From Eledone cirrhosa (lineage: Eukaryota), in NCBI GenBank assembly GCA_964016885.1, contig OZ024744.1:123752001-123816000 (forward strand): a stretch of DNA of 64,000 nt. Reading direction: 5' to 3'. The notes beneath the pieces were generated by a model that did not search any database, was not told where the DNA came from, and worked only from the letters and a program-made list of their open reading frames with translations. Made by a program: the position numbers and the translations under genes. This document shows, piece after piece, positions 1 to 14,264 of the stretch (position 1 is its first letter; each line of letters begins with the position of its first letter).

Positions 1-409
1 TAAAATTCTACTACAGATGAGATTATAAAATATTGTGTAATCATAAATTGTGAAAAACTTTTAAATATTACTAATATATACTTCGTAAATTAATTTATAG
101 ATTTATTTTAATTTATTTAACCTTTTATTAAAATTCCTTTACAGATAAAATATAACAAAATATCGTGTATTCAATGACAGAGAAATATTTTTTAATATTA
201 TAGACCTAATTATTGTACATTTTAGAAATATATTTATAATTTGGTTTTAATTTGGTTAACCTAAAAATTTAATTTAATTGGCTTAAAATTAAAATCCTAA
301 TACAGATGGATTGCAGAGTGTCATGTAATCATAGACTGAGATAGGTTTTGGATGTATACCTAGTTAATATATTCTTTGCAATTTTTGAAAAAATATGTAT
401 ATATATATA

Positions 410-456
<47 letters not shown>

Positions 457-975
457 ATATATATATGTGTATATATTAATTTTAATTTCTGTTTACCTAT
501 AATTATATTCTACTATAGATAAAATACAATATCTGTTTTAATTATTATAAACCTAATTAACATATACTATAGAAATTAATATATAATTTTTAATTTAGTT
601 AACCTATAATTTATATTCTACTACCGATGTAATACTTTAATTGGTTTTTTTCCCTATTACTAAATTCATTTCCTAATATTGATACCATAACGTTAATAAT
701 TTTAATTAAGTTATACTATAATTAATACTCTACTACTATTTAACTTCAAAATTCCGCTTCAAATATTATAAACCTAAGTAGTATACACCTTAGAAATCAA
801 TATAATAACTATCTTTAATTTAGTTAACCTATAATTAATAGTCTACTTATATTAATATGCATAATTTTGCCTTCTGTCTTACATTTCCTAATACTGAAAC
901 TACTATGTAAACACATATTATGATCTAAATGCAGATTAAATATTCTATGTTTCTTGAAACCTATATTTACTATAA
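1..975. repeat. Degenerate AT-rich tandem repeat
   Basis: Recurring motifs such as ttaatttagttaacctataat and attctactacagat at irregular spacing. Confidence 0.5.
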
Positions 976-1147
976 TCCCCCCCCCCTATTATTTGCATTT
1001 GTAAGCGTGGATGTATGTATGTATATGTAGGTAGGTATGTATGTTTGGGTGTTTGTATGTGAGTATAAAAATACATATGTGCGCATGTAAATAAGGGTGT
1101 ATGATTGTGTGTGTGTATATATATATATGTATGTATATATATGTATA

Positions 1148-1188
<41 letters not shown>

Positions 1189-1317
1189 CTATGTATTTAT
1201 GTGGGTATATGTGTGTATGTATATGTATGCGCATATGTACGTCTATGTGTATATGTGTGTATGTGTATATATGTACGTATGTGCGCATGTATATGTGAGT
1301 GTGTGTGTATATATATA

Positions 1318-1357
<40 letters not shown>

Positions 1358-1456
1358 GAAGTAATTCCATCGGAAAAGTCCAGGAAAAAAGAGTGCTCTA
1401 TGTAAGCAACAGAGCTTAATTATTATTATTATGTAATAAACAACATAAGGCAATTA

Positions 1457-1516
1457 TTCCATTTACCAGTGGTTTCTTAAAAGCAAAAGGTTTTGCTTTC
1501 AATCCTCAGAATGAAA
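1457..1516 (-). ncRNA. Type I hammerhead ribozyme (intact)
   Basis: Minus strand: TTTCATT-CTGAGGA-[TTGAAAGCAAAA cc TTTTGCTTTTAA]-GAAAC CACTG GTA-AATGGAA. Stems I-III pair; GUA cleavage triplet. Confidence 0.85.
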
Positions 1517-1729
1517 AATCCTGGTTTGTTTATTGAATATGGATTCTAAAAACGAAAATGCAATCTATATGAAAGTGAGGCTGGAAAAGGGAGAAGGAAA
1601 GGAAAAATAAAATAAAATAAAACTACACATGCAAACACACACAAAAAAACCCAAAAGCATACTTACACACACACACATATATACACATATAATTTGCACG
1701 CATACACATATACACATACACATACATAT

Positions 1730-1782
<53 letters not shown>

Positions 1783-1883
1783 CACATACATACACATATA
1801 TATATATAAAGAGCGTACACCTACACACACATACACATATATATACACATATATACACATACATATATTCATACATACACACG

Positions 1884-1919
<36 letters not shown>

Positions 1920-1941
1920 TATATATACACATGTACATATC

Positions 1942-1985
<44 letters not shown>

Positions 1986-2008
1986 CATATACACACATAT
2001 ACACATAT

Positions 2009-2058
<50 letters not shown>

Positions 2059-2454
2059 GTGTCTACAAGCCTACACATACACACACACATATATATACAC
2101 ACACATATACATACATTCACACAAACATACAACGTACATACATACACATACATGAATGCACTCCACTACATATTAACACACGCAAATAAATATAAGAAAA
2201 AAATATATAAATAATATTAACAAATATTTGACAGCGATACATGCCCCAGCTAACAGGACAGACACGCATGGTAAGTAATACACACATAAGCGCATATACA
2301 TACGTTCGAAATAGTAAACACATACACACACTCTCACACATAAATATACATATACAAATACATAAACACGTACATACACATACATACGCAAACACGTACA
2401 CGTATACAATATAAACACACACATGTATATGTAATTATATACACACACACACAC

Positions 2455-2511
<57 letters not shown>

Positions 2512-2956
2512 CAAAAATATAAAAATATAAACGCACACACACATATAAATACGTAAACACACATATACATACATAGCTAAACAATTATACACATGCAAAT
2601 ACGTATATATCAAAAGAACGCACAACCAAATACAAACACACACACATATATACACACACACACACCCACACACAAACCCACACATACATAAAAATAAATA
2701 AAAACACACGCAACATATACATACATACACATACATATACATATATACATATACATATATATATATACACATATATATACACAAATATATATATATATAT
2801 ATATACACACATACACGTACACATACACACATGCATACACATACACACACACATATACATGTGTGTATGTGTAAAGCTCAGTATTAGATAAGACAAATGA
2901 ACCTTACATAAACGTATATATAGTAGTAAAGTAATAAAGCCATACAAGGCAATTAA

Positions 2957-3014
2957 TCCATTCACCAGAGGTTTCTTAAAAGCAAAAAAAGTTTCCTTCA
3001 ATCTTCAGAATGAA
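2957..3014 (-). ncRNA. Type I hammerhead, diverged paralog of 1457-1516 (GUG site, probably inactive)
   Basis: TTCATT-CTGAAGA-[TTGAAGG..CTTTTAA]-GAAAC CTCTG GTG-AATGGA. Confidence 0.65.
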
Positions 3015-3403
3015 ATATACAAATATATACACACATACAGACACGCACACACACATATATATATATACATATATATATATATGTACATATATATATATAT
3101 ATATATATACAGACATATATACATACACACATATACACACACATACACATACATACATACACATATATATACATACACAAACATATACGTACACGTATAC
3201 ATATATACACACAAAAATACATACACATACACATAGGTATGTGAAGGGCAAAACAAAAAGAATATATGGGGTGGGGGGCCTAGAGGAGGTAAAAAAATAT
3301 AAGGGGAGGTAAGGGAGAAAAAAATATTTTTTAAATACAAGAGTACAGAAGGTAGAAGCAGCAAAATAAAAGCCGTAGCAAAAGTAAAGAGCAGAGAAGG
3401 AGT

Positions 3404-3820
3404 TCAAGGCGGTTGATTTATCGTAGGAGTGTCAATCCAGTTACAGATCAGATGCGATTTCAGATGAGGACAGCATCTGAAGATCTCAGTCTTAGAGTTA
3501 AGGCAAGCGGAAGTGTCTCTCAAGTTTAGCAAAATCCTATACTTTTCTGTGGTACACAAAGAACAATTCTTTGTGCCCCTTTGGTACTCCCTCGAATGGT
3601 CTAATATAGACCAATCAATAGAGTACGGGATATTACTATCCTTGAGATCCCATACCTTACTTGCGAGGGCCGTTGATGTTCGTTTATCTGAGTGTTTAAA
3701 AGAAGCGACATGTGAGTAAAATCTGGTTTTAAACCTGTCCTGGGTCATACCGACATATCGCTCGCTTCTGGCTGGCTGGTTGTTGATAACTGGCGTTATT
3801 TTAGCCTCATAATATACACG
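3404..3820 (-). mobile_element. Penelope-like element GIY-YIG endonuclease C-terminal fragment
   Basis: VYYEAKI..YVGMTQDRFKTRFYSH..TALASKVWDLK..WSIL..CSLCTTEK..LNSKTE..CPH is a typical PLE GIY-YIG pattern. No RT upstream, so 5'-truncated. Confidence 0.85.
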
Positions 3821-4112
3821 ATGTTGAATGAATGGAGGCTGTATTTGTAGGGCCATGTTTGTTTCATTATATATGTTTCAGGGATGTCATATTGACGATG
3901 TGTTGTGCCTTCTTCAGACAAAATACAATATAGACAGTTTTATAAATAAATAGATTTGACATACCGTTCAACATCGACTTGTATTTGAAAAGTTGATTTG
4001 GCAGTGTTTTGTCTGAGGAGGGCATAGCATATTGTTTGTGTGATGTCCCTGAGGTATGTATGATGAAATAGATATGGTTTTGTAGATGTAGTTTCCATTT
4101 ATTTAATTTCGT
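3818..4112. repeat. 109-bp inverted repeat with G.U-only divergence; each arm a decayed hammerhead
   Basis: Arms 3818-3926 and 4004-4112 align without gaps. Manual count: 15 A/G, 18 C/T, 2 transversions, no A.C-type mismatch on the + strand. Confidence 0.93.
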
Positions 4113-4194
4113 AAATATACTCCAAATACTTGTTGAGTGCTTTTATATCAGTTATAAATATTTACTAGTTGTAACCCAACAATTTAAATATAAC

Positions 4195-4197
4195 TTT

Positions 4198-4259
<62 letters not shown>

Positions 4260-4546
4260 AGTTGATGTGTGTGTATGTATGTATGTGTCTGTATATGTGT
4301 GTGTGTGTGTATGTGTGTATATATTTATGTGTATATGTATCTCTATATATGTATACATGTGTATGTATATCCCTTTATTTATGTATGTCTGAGTTGTGTG
4401 AGCGTGTGGTTGTGTTTGTATGTGTATACGCATACATGGATGTGTATGTATGTGCATATATGCGTATATGTATGTGTGTATGTGTGTGTGTGTGTATATA
4501 TGTATGTCTATGTATGAGTATGTATATGTATGTATGTGTATGTATA

Positions 4547-4595
<49 letters not shown>

Positions 4596-4604
4596 TATAT
4601 TATA

Positions 4605-4635
<31 letters not shown>

Positions 4636-4657
4636 CTTTGTATGTGTGTATGTGTAT

Positions 4658-4709
<52 letters not shown>

Positions 4710-4774
4710 ATATATATATGTGCGGGTTTGTATGTGTGTGTATATACATGAGTGTGTTTATATATATGTATAGA

Positions 4775-4839
<65 letters not shown>

Positions 4840-5123
4840 TGTGAATGTATATATGTATGTATGTGTGTATATATATATATATACATGTGTATATATGTAT
4901 ATGTCTATGTATTTTATGTGTATATGTATGTGTCTCTATATGTATGCGTGTGTGTATGTGTATGTGTATTTATATGGTGTGTGTATGTATATGTATGTGT
5001 ATGTATGTGTTTATGTATATGTGTATGTATATGTATGTATATATATGTATATATATATATATGTGTATATATATATGTATATGTATGTATATCGATATAT
5101 ATTTTATATTTTGCTTGTTTATA

Positions 5124-5170
<47 letters not shown>

Positions 5171-5190
5171 ATATATATATATATATTTTC
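4195..5190. repeat. (TA)/(TG) microsatellite array
   Basis: Visible dinucleotide repeats. Confidence 0.9.
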
Positions 5191-5802
5191 TTAATATTTT
5201 TCTTTTTTCTTTTTCTTTTTCTTTTTCTTTTTATTTTTATTTTTATTTTTATTTCTAAATTTATAGATACATTTATAAATAGGCAGTTTGCTGACACCTG
5301 TAAATACTGACCTCTTCCCCCCCCACCTACTTTCTGTATCTGGATCTTAGTATGTGTGGCAGTGTTTATGTGCGCGCATTAATGTCCATATGCTTATGAT
5401 AATAGTATATACACATATATGTGTGTGGGGGTGTGTGTGTATGTATGTTCGTGGTTGTGTGTATGTTTATGCGTATACGCGCGTGAATGTATGTATATGT
5501 GTGAGTATATGAATGTGTATATATTTATTTTTATATTTATATGTTTATATGCGTATACGTATTTTATCTGTAGATTATAAACATACAGAGACATTAGCCC
5601 TGAATTTTTGTATTTACATACATCTTTTCGGCATGCGCATGCATGTGGACATATATATTTTTATGCATATCTGTGAACGAAGTTACTTACATATATACAT
5701 ACACCTAACTGTATAAACTTTTTGTGTTTTCATTGGTCAATTTGAACTCTGTTCCCAAACAGACCTGTAATTTTGAATTGTTGTTATTATCAATAAATAT
5801 AT

Positions 5803-5956
5803 TTCATTATTTCTGAAGACGGCATATATATGTGTTGGTATGTATATTTAATTTTGATAGTTTGTATAATTTTGTATAATTTTGTACATAGATCTGTTGA
5901 ATATGCATGCCAATTCTAACACATATATATCCTAGAAACGATCGTTAAATAATGAA
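5803..5956 (+). ncRNA. Type I hammerhead with long extended stem II
   Basis: TTCATTATTT-CTGAAGA-~115-nt hairpin-GAAAC GATC GTT-AAATAATGAA. 10-bp stem I and palindromic AACGATCGTT stem/loop III. Partial reverse copy at ~26521-26620. Confidence 0.85.
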
Positions 5957-6150
5957 CTTTTTTTGTTTAATATAAGGAACTGTTTCATTGTTTTATTCAT
6001 TATTTTTTTAATATTTTATCTTGACTCTGTATTCCGTTTATCTTTCACCGAAAGTGATTTTTCATTGCATCTCTTCTTTCCATGATATCCGGATTACATT
6101 GAGTTCTTCATACGGATTGGACACTACCGTAAACTCTTGGTAGATTTATC

Positions 6151-6205
<55 letters not shown>

Positions 6206-6206
6206 T

Positions 6207-6246
<40 letters not shown>

Positions 6247-6280
6247 TGTATTTATGTATATATATATATATATATGTATT

Positions 6281-6341
<61 letters not shown>

Positions 6342-6549
6342 GTATATATATATATATATGTATATATATATGTATATATATATATAGTATTAGTTATACT
6401 ATTTATGGTTATGTAAATACAAAGCCTTATGCAGTTATAAGTATTTTTTATATACACCCTAAATAGTGGTAGGCAGTAAAGTATTACTACCTTATTACCA
6501 GTAAGTTAAGTAGCTCAATGTAAAAACATCAGATGATTTACAGAGCAGT

Positions 6550-6810
6550 TATATGAAATATAAGAATCAAAGAACTGTTCAAAACATTATTGTGCTTACA
6601 GCTGTTTGCTCCAAACCGAGGTTTGGATTCTTTGGAGCAATTTATTAATGCATGGACAGTGACATGACCTCCTTTTCAGCCAAGAGACATACCGATACAT
6701 ATGCAAATATTGTGGGTCAGCATTCATTACAGAATTTAGAGTGGCAGTACACACTTCTAGATTACATTCATAATGTTTTGAACAGTTCTTTGATTCTTAT
6801 ATTTCATATA
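6550..6810. repeat. Short element with ~40-bp perfect terminal inverted repeats
   Basis: tatgaaatataagaatcaaagaactgttcaaaacattat (~6552-6590) is inverted at ~6770-6808. Confidence 0.75.
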
Positions 6811-6884
6811 TATATATATATATGTATATATGTATATATATGTATATATGTATATATGTATATATGTATTTATGTGTATATATG

Positions 6885-6939
<55 letters not shown>

Positions 6940-7015
6940 GTATATATGTATATATATATATATATGTATATATGTATATATATATATGTATATATATATA
7001 TGTATATATATGTAT

Positions 7016-7103
<88 letters not shown>

Positions 7104-7174
7104 GTATATATATATGTATATGTATATATATATATATGTATATATATATGTATATATATATATATATGTATATG

Positions 7175-7205
<31 letters not shown>

Positions 7206-7246
7206 GTATATATATATGTATATGTATATGTATATATATGTATATA

Positions 7247-7303
<57 letters not shown>

Positions 7304-7323
7304 ATATATATATGTATATATAT
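6806..7323. repeat. (TA)n/(TATG) array
   Basis: Visible. Confidence 0.95.
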
Positions 7324-8574
7324 ATCATCATCATCATCATCAGGTTTAGCATCCGTGTTCCACGCTTGCATGGGTTTGGACGGGGGTTTTCCCACTTGAG
7401 GTAAGAGTGGTTGTCTTGCTCGCATAGGACTGTCTGGCGGGTTTTCTACAGTTGGATGCCCTTCCTAACACCAACCACATTTACAGTGTGGGGCTGGGAG
7501 GTTTTTACCGTGTTGCCTACACGGCCACATTACAGCGTGGACTGTCTGGCGGGTTTTCTACAGCTGGATGCCCTTCCTAACACCAACCACATTTACAGTG
7601 TGGGGCTGGGATGTTTTTACCGTGTTGCCTACACGGCCACATTTACAGCGTGGACTGTGTGTTTTTTTGTCGTGACACCTACACGATCTCATTTGTTTCG
7701 GCCTGGATGTTGTGGGACCAACATAACTTTACATTGAAAGGGGCGGTGTGGATGGGGTGGAGGTGGTGGGACGGGGGGGGTGTTTTGATAGAGATGCCTA
7801 CTGACTGTAGTAGGTTTTTACTTTGTATTTAGGTAAGGCGGGTCTTCTCTATTACTGAGTACCGCCAAAGGTCTCGGTCCAGTGACATTGTCTTGGAGAG
7901 GTGTAAGCGTGTGAGGTCGGAATTTATCAGCTCGTCCCAGGTTTTTCTGGGTCTGCCTACTCCGTGGCTACCGTCTATCTTTATTGCCCTGCACTTTGTT
8001 ATACAGCTGTCGTCTTTCATGTGCATCACATGACCGTACCAACGTAGCCTTCTCTCGAGTAAACAACATCTGATCCCTCTTATTTCTAATTTTTTTCTTA
8101 GTTCGTTTATGCTTTGCCGTTCACGTATATTACTATTGCACATCCAGCGGAGTATGCAAGCTTCGTTCCTCTCTAGTCTGCGTATATCCTCTGCACACAA
8201 TGCCCAGGTCTCACTGCCATGCAGCATTGCTGTTCGTATGCAGGCATCGTATAACCTGCCTTTCATTTTTAGGGAGAACCCTCTAGCGGCTAATAGTGGT
8301 ATAAGCTCTCTGAACTTTTTCCATCCAGTTCTGACTCTAGCTACTGTACTTTCAGAGCACCCTCCCCCACTGCTGATTTTGTCACCCAGGTAACGGAAGC
8401 TGTCCACTATTTCTATAGAACCCTCTGCGCAGTTGAAGGAGCTAGTATTTTGTGGGCACTTGCTGCTACTTATTGCACCAGAGCACCGGCCACATGTAAA
8501 ATCTATGTTCTTAGTTAGCTTACCTGTGATCCCACTACATCTTTTATGCACCCATACTTTGCATTTGGGACATG
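7324..8574 (-). mobile_element. RTE-clade LINE (family A), 5'-truncated
   Basis: RT C-terminus ([29 protein letters not shown]), 3'UTR with internal ~113-bp duplication, (TGA)n tail. Near-identical to the copies at 15891 and 39378. Confidence 0.92.
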
Positions 8575-10172
<1,598 letters not shown>

Positions 10173-10177
<5 letters not shown>

Positions 10178-10355
10178 GGAGCCCCTACATGGACACACTA
10201 GAAGAGGAAGACCAAGGTTAACATATGTTGATGCCCTAAGGACAGACACTGGTCTGTTGGAGATGCAGGATATGGCAGCGATAATGAGGGACAGAGACCG
10301 CTGGAGAGAACTCGTCCATGGATCTCGGGAATTTTACCCGCCTTAGATGTAGATA
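10173..10355 (+). mobile_element. RTE-group LINE extreme 3' fragment
   Basis: [29 protein letters not shown]..stop is a typical RTE/RTE-X C-terminus. Confidence 0.75.
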
Positions 10356-10382
10356 TGTATATATATATATATATATATATGG

Positions 10383-10474
<92 letters not shown>

Positions 10475-10601
10475 GGATATATGTATGTATATATATATGG
10501 ATATATGTATATATATATATATATATATGGATATATGTATATATATATATATATATATATGGATATATGTATATATATATATATATATATATGGATATAT
10601 G

Positions 10602-10643
<42 letters not shown>

Positions 10644-10737
10644 TATATGGATATATGTATATATATATATATATATATATGGATATATATATGGATATAT
10701 GTATATATATATATATATATATGGATATATATATGGA

Positions 10738-10770
<33 letters not shown>

Positions 10771-10791
10771 GGATATATATATGGATATATG

Positions 10792-10826
<35 letters not shown>

Positions 10827-10921
10827 GGATATATGTGTATATATATATGGATATATGTGTATATATATATGGATATATATATATGTATATATATATGGAT
10901 ATATGTGTATATATATATGGA

Positions 10922-10980
<59 letters not shown>

Positions 10981-11008
10981 ATATATGTATATATATGTAT
11001 ATATATAT
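10356..11008. repeat. (TA)n array with TATGGATA variant units
   Basis: Visible. Confidence 0.95.
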
Positions 11009-11062
11009 GAATTAGTTTAGCGAGGTTTTTTTATATGAAATCGTGTGTCGAAACAAATATTG

Positions 11063-11880
11063 TTATACTTGGGGAGGGTCATATTTGTGTAATATTGCCA
11101 GAATTAATAACAGAACACACTCACTGTTTGGTTGGTTTTCGCTTCTCGCTGTCTTTTATATCTGCGATCTAACTTACTCGGTCCTCAATGTTGCCATTGA
11201 CTGACCGACGGTCAAAAATAATACAGATACAATATAGACACAAACACATATATATAGTTTACATAATTTACATAAATCTTTCGTTGCACAAAGCTAAACA
11301 GAAAGAATGAGTGGAACAACAACAACACCCAAACAAACAACACTGACCTAAGAGAAGTATAAATAAGTAAATAAAATAAAATAAAATAAGATAAATAAAT
11401 ACATACACAAGCACAATAACAACAAGCACATAAACACACACTAGTCACCCAGCAGACACAACACTATACACACTAGTCACACAGCAAACATAACACTATA
11501 CACACACGCAAATGCATGCGCAAAGAAGACAAAATAAAATAAACAAACAAGCAAATAAATAAATAAATATATAGACAGACTCAATAAAAAATGGCGTAGA
11601 CATACAACACAACAGGAGGAAAAAATATAACACCACTGACGATGTTGCAGATGTGCAACGAAAGATTTATGTAAATTATGTAAACTATATATATGTGTTT
11701 GTGTCTATATTGTATCTGTATTATTTTTGACCGTCGGTCAGTCAATGGCAACATTGAGGACCGAGTAAGTTAGATCACAGATATAAAAGACAGCGAGAAG
11801 CGAAAACCAACCAAACAGTGAGTGTGTTCTGTTATTAAATCTGGCAATATTACACAAATATGACCCTCCCCAAGTATAAC
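11063..11880. mobile_element. Fold-back non-coding PLE-type pseudo-LTR element
   Basis: ~11063-11290 is the reverse complement of ~11652-11880. Contains a hammerhead-like core and the recurrent ctggcaatattacacaaatatgaccctccccaagtataac motif. Confidence 0.7.
11632..11672 (+). ncRNA. Hammerhead-like motif with weak stem I
   Basis: CTGACGA-T-[GTTGCA gatg TGCAAC]-GAAAG AT TTA. Stem I pairs poorly. Confidence 0.45.
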
Positions 11881-11892
11881 TATATATATATG

Positions 11893-11927
<35 letters not shown>

Positions 11928-11974
11928 GTATATATGTATATATATTCTCCCTGGATATATATATATACGGAAAA

Positions 11975-12072
11975 GTATGACCCCGACGGCAGAGCTCAAG
12001 CCGTTTCGAGGTCTATTTCTGGACTCAGAAATAGCCGTCGAAACGGCTTGAGCTCTGCCGTCGGGGTCATAC
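11975..12072. repeat. Near-perfect hairpin made of two inverted hammerhead 3' halves
   Basis: Right arm reads stem II-GAAACGGC..GCCGTC-GGGGTC with no CUGANGA. Paralog at ~47980-48110. Confidence 0.75.
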
Positions 12073-12131
12073 ATTTTCCTATTACCCACTCTACTTCTCT
12101 AAGTATTGAGTACTCTGGTGCGTTATGGTCC

Positions 12132-13826
12132 ATCTACCAGACGAACTTAAGGATAGGTTTTACGAGTCCCTAATACACACTACTGCTCTAACAGACGACA
12201 AGGACTTCCTAATCATTGCAGGAGATTTTAACGGACACGTAGGTAAACACTGCGACAGCTTCAATAGAGTACATGGAGGCCATGGAGTTGGCACAAGGAA
12301 CGAGGAAGGATTCAGACTTCAAGAATTCTGCGACGCCAATGACATGTCGATATGTAACACAAACTTTAAAAAACCCGACAACCACCTGATCACCTATAGA
12401 TCAGGGGAGCACTCTAGTCAGTTAGATTTTATCCTCATCAGAGGACGTGACAGATGGATGGTCGTAAACACAAAAGCCTTCCCTAGTGAGGAATGTACAT
12501 CCCAACATAGCTTAGTTGTCAGCGATCTCACGGTCAGAACTAGACGAGCCCTGAAACAGAGGCCAACCTGGAGAAGAAAGATCTGGAAGCTGAAAGTCCC
12601 CTCAACCAGTAACAGATTTAAAGATATTTTACTCAACGCCTACGACAGTAAAGAAGAACAGATAGAGACATTTAACGTAGAAGAGAACTGGGAGTTCCTA
12701 AAAAATAACTTACTAGAGGCGACGGATGAGGTTTGTGGCTGGAGTAAGACCTCAAGCAGGAGGAGAGTGACTTGGTGGTGGAACAATAAGGTAGATGAAG
12801 CAGTCAAGGCCAAGAGACAGGCATGGAAAGAATGGAAGAACGGGGGGAGCAGGGTACATTACATAGAGACCAAGAGGGAAGCTAGACGACAAGTATACTT
12901 AGCTAGGAGGGAAGCAGAGGATAGAAAATTCAAGCATGTTTTACAACGTGAGGACCAGAAACAGGAGGTATTCAAGATTGCGAGGCAGTGTGTCAGAGAT
13001 AGTTGTGATGTCATTGAAGAGAAGTGTATCCGGAATGATAAAGGTGAGCTTGCCCTCACAAGTGCTGAGAAGAAAGATGCATGGAAGAGTCATTATGATA
13101 GATTACTAAATGAGGAGAATGCATGGGAAGAAGAGACCCTACCCCATGTAGACCCTATAGAGGGACCAGCAGTACAAGTCAGCGGCAGCGTAGTAAGTAA
13201 GGCAATCAGAGATATGAAGATGGGGAAGGCAACCGGTCCATCGGGTATAGCTGCCGAGATGCTGAAGGCATCTGGGTCTGTAGGTCACACTATAACCACA
13301 CGTATCGTTAACCAGGTAATACTAGATGGGGCCATATCAAAAGATTGGTGCAGTAGCATCATTGTCAACTGCTACAAAGGTAAAGGCGATGCACTAGATA
13401 GAGGAAACTATAGAGGTATAAAGTTGATGGACCAGGTCATGAAAGTAACAGAAAGAGTTATAGCACAGCTGATTAGGGACCGGGTGAATATAGACGAGAT
13501 GCAATTTGGGTTTGTACCAGGGAGAGGCACCACTGATGCCCTCTTCCTTGTGAGGCAATTACAGGAAAAGTACCTAGCTAAAAGTAAGACACTCTACTTG
13601 GCATTTGTCGACCTTGAGAAAGCCTTTGACAGAGTTCCACGTGCAGTAATCTGGTGGGCTCTTAGAAAACTAGGAGTAGATGAATGGCTTGTGAAAGCGG
13701 TACAAGCCATGTATAGGGGAGCAGTCAGCCGACCAGACATTGCCCACAACAGGACAACCCGTCTAACCCATGCTAGCGTGGAAGAACGGACGTAAAATGG
13801 TGATGATGATGATGATGATGATGATA
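12132..13826 (+). mobile_element. RTE-clade LINE (family B) internal fragment joined to an RTE-type 3' tail
   Basis: APE C-terminus (GDFNGHVG, SQLDFIL, TSQH) and RT N-half ([24 protein letters not shown]). RT breaks at ~13727 and is followed by a short 3' end and (GAT)n. Confidence 0.9.
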
Positions 13827-13862
13827 TGTATATATATATGTATATATATGTATATATATATG

Positions 13863-13939
<77 letters not shown>

Positions 13940-13986
13940 GTATATATATATGTATATATATGTATATATATATGTATATATACATG

Positions 13987-14019
<33 letters not shown>

Positions 14020-14025
14020 GTATAT

Positions 14026-14085
<60 letters not shown>

Positions 14086-14103
14086 GTATATATATATGTA
14101 TAT

Positions 14104-14165
<62 letters not shown>

Positions 14166-14220
14166 GTATATATATGTATATATATATGTATATATATGTA
14201 TATATATATGTATATATATG

Positions 14221-14258
<38 letters not shown>

Positions 14259-14264
14259 TATATA

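Larger units (their letters stand above)
1000..3240. repeat. Mixed (TA)/(TG)/(CA) microsatellite-like low-complexity region
   Basis: Visible dinucleotide runs with short unique islands. Confidence 0.9.

Noticed and set aside
6080-6110. YPDYI resembling the upstream VPS15 YPEYILP motif
   Set aside because: Immediately preceded by an in-frame stop, with no further similarity.
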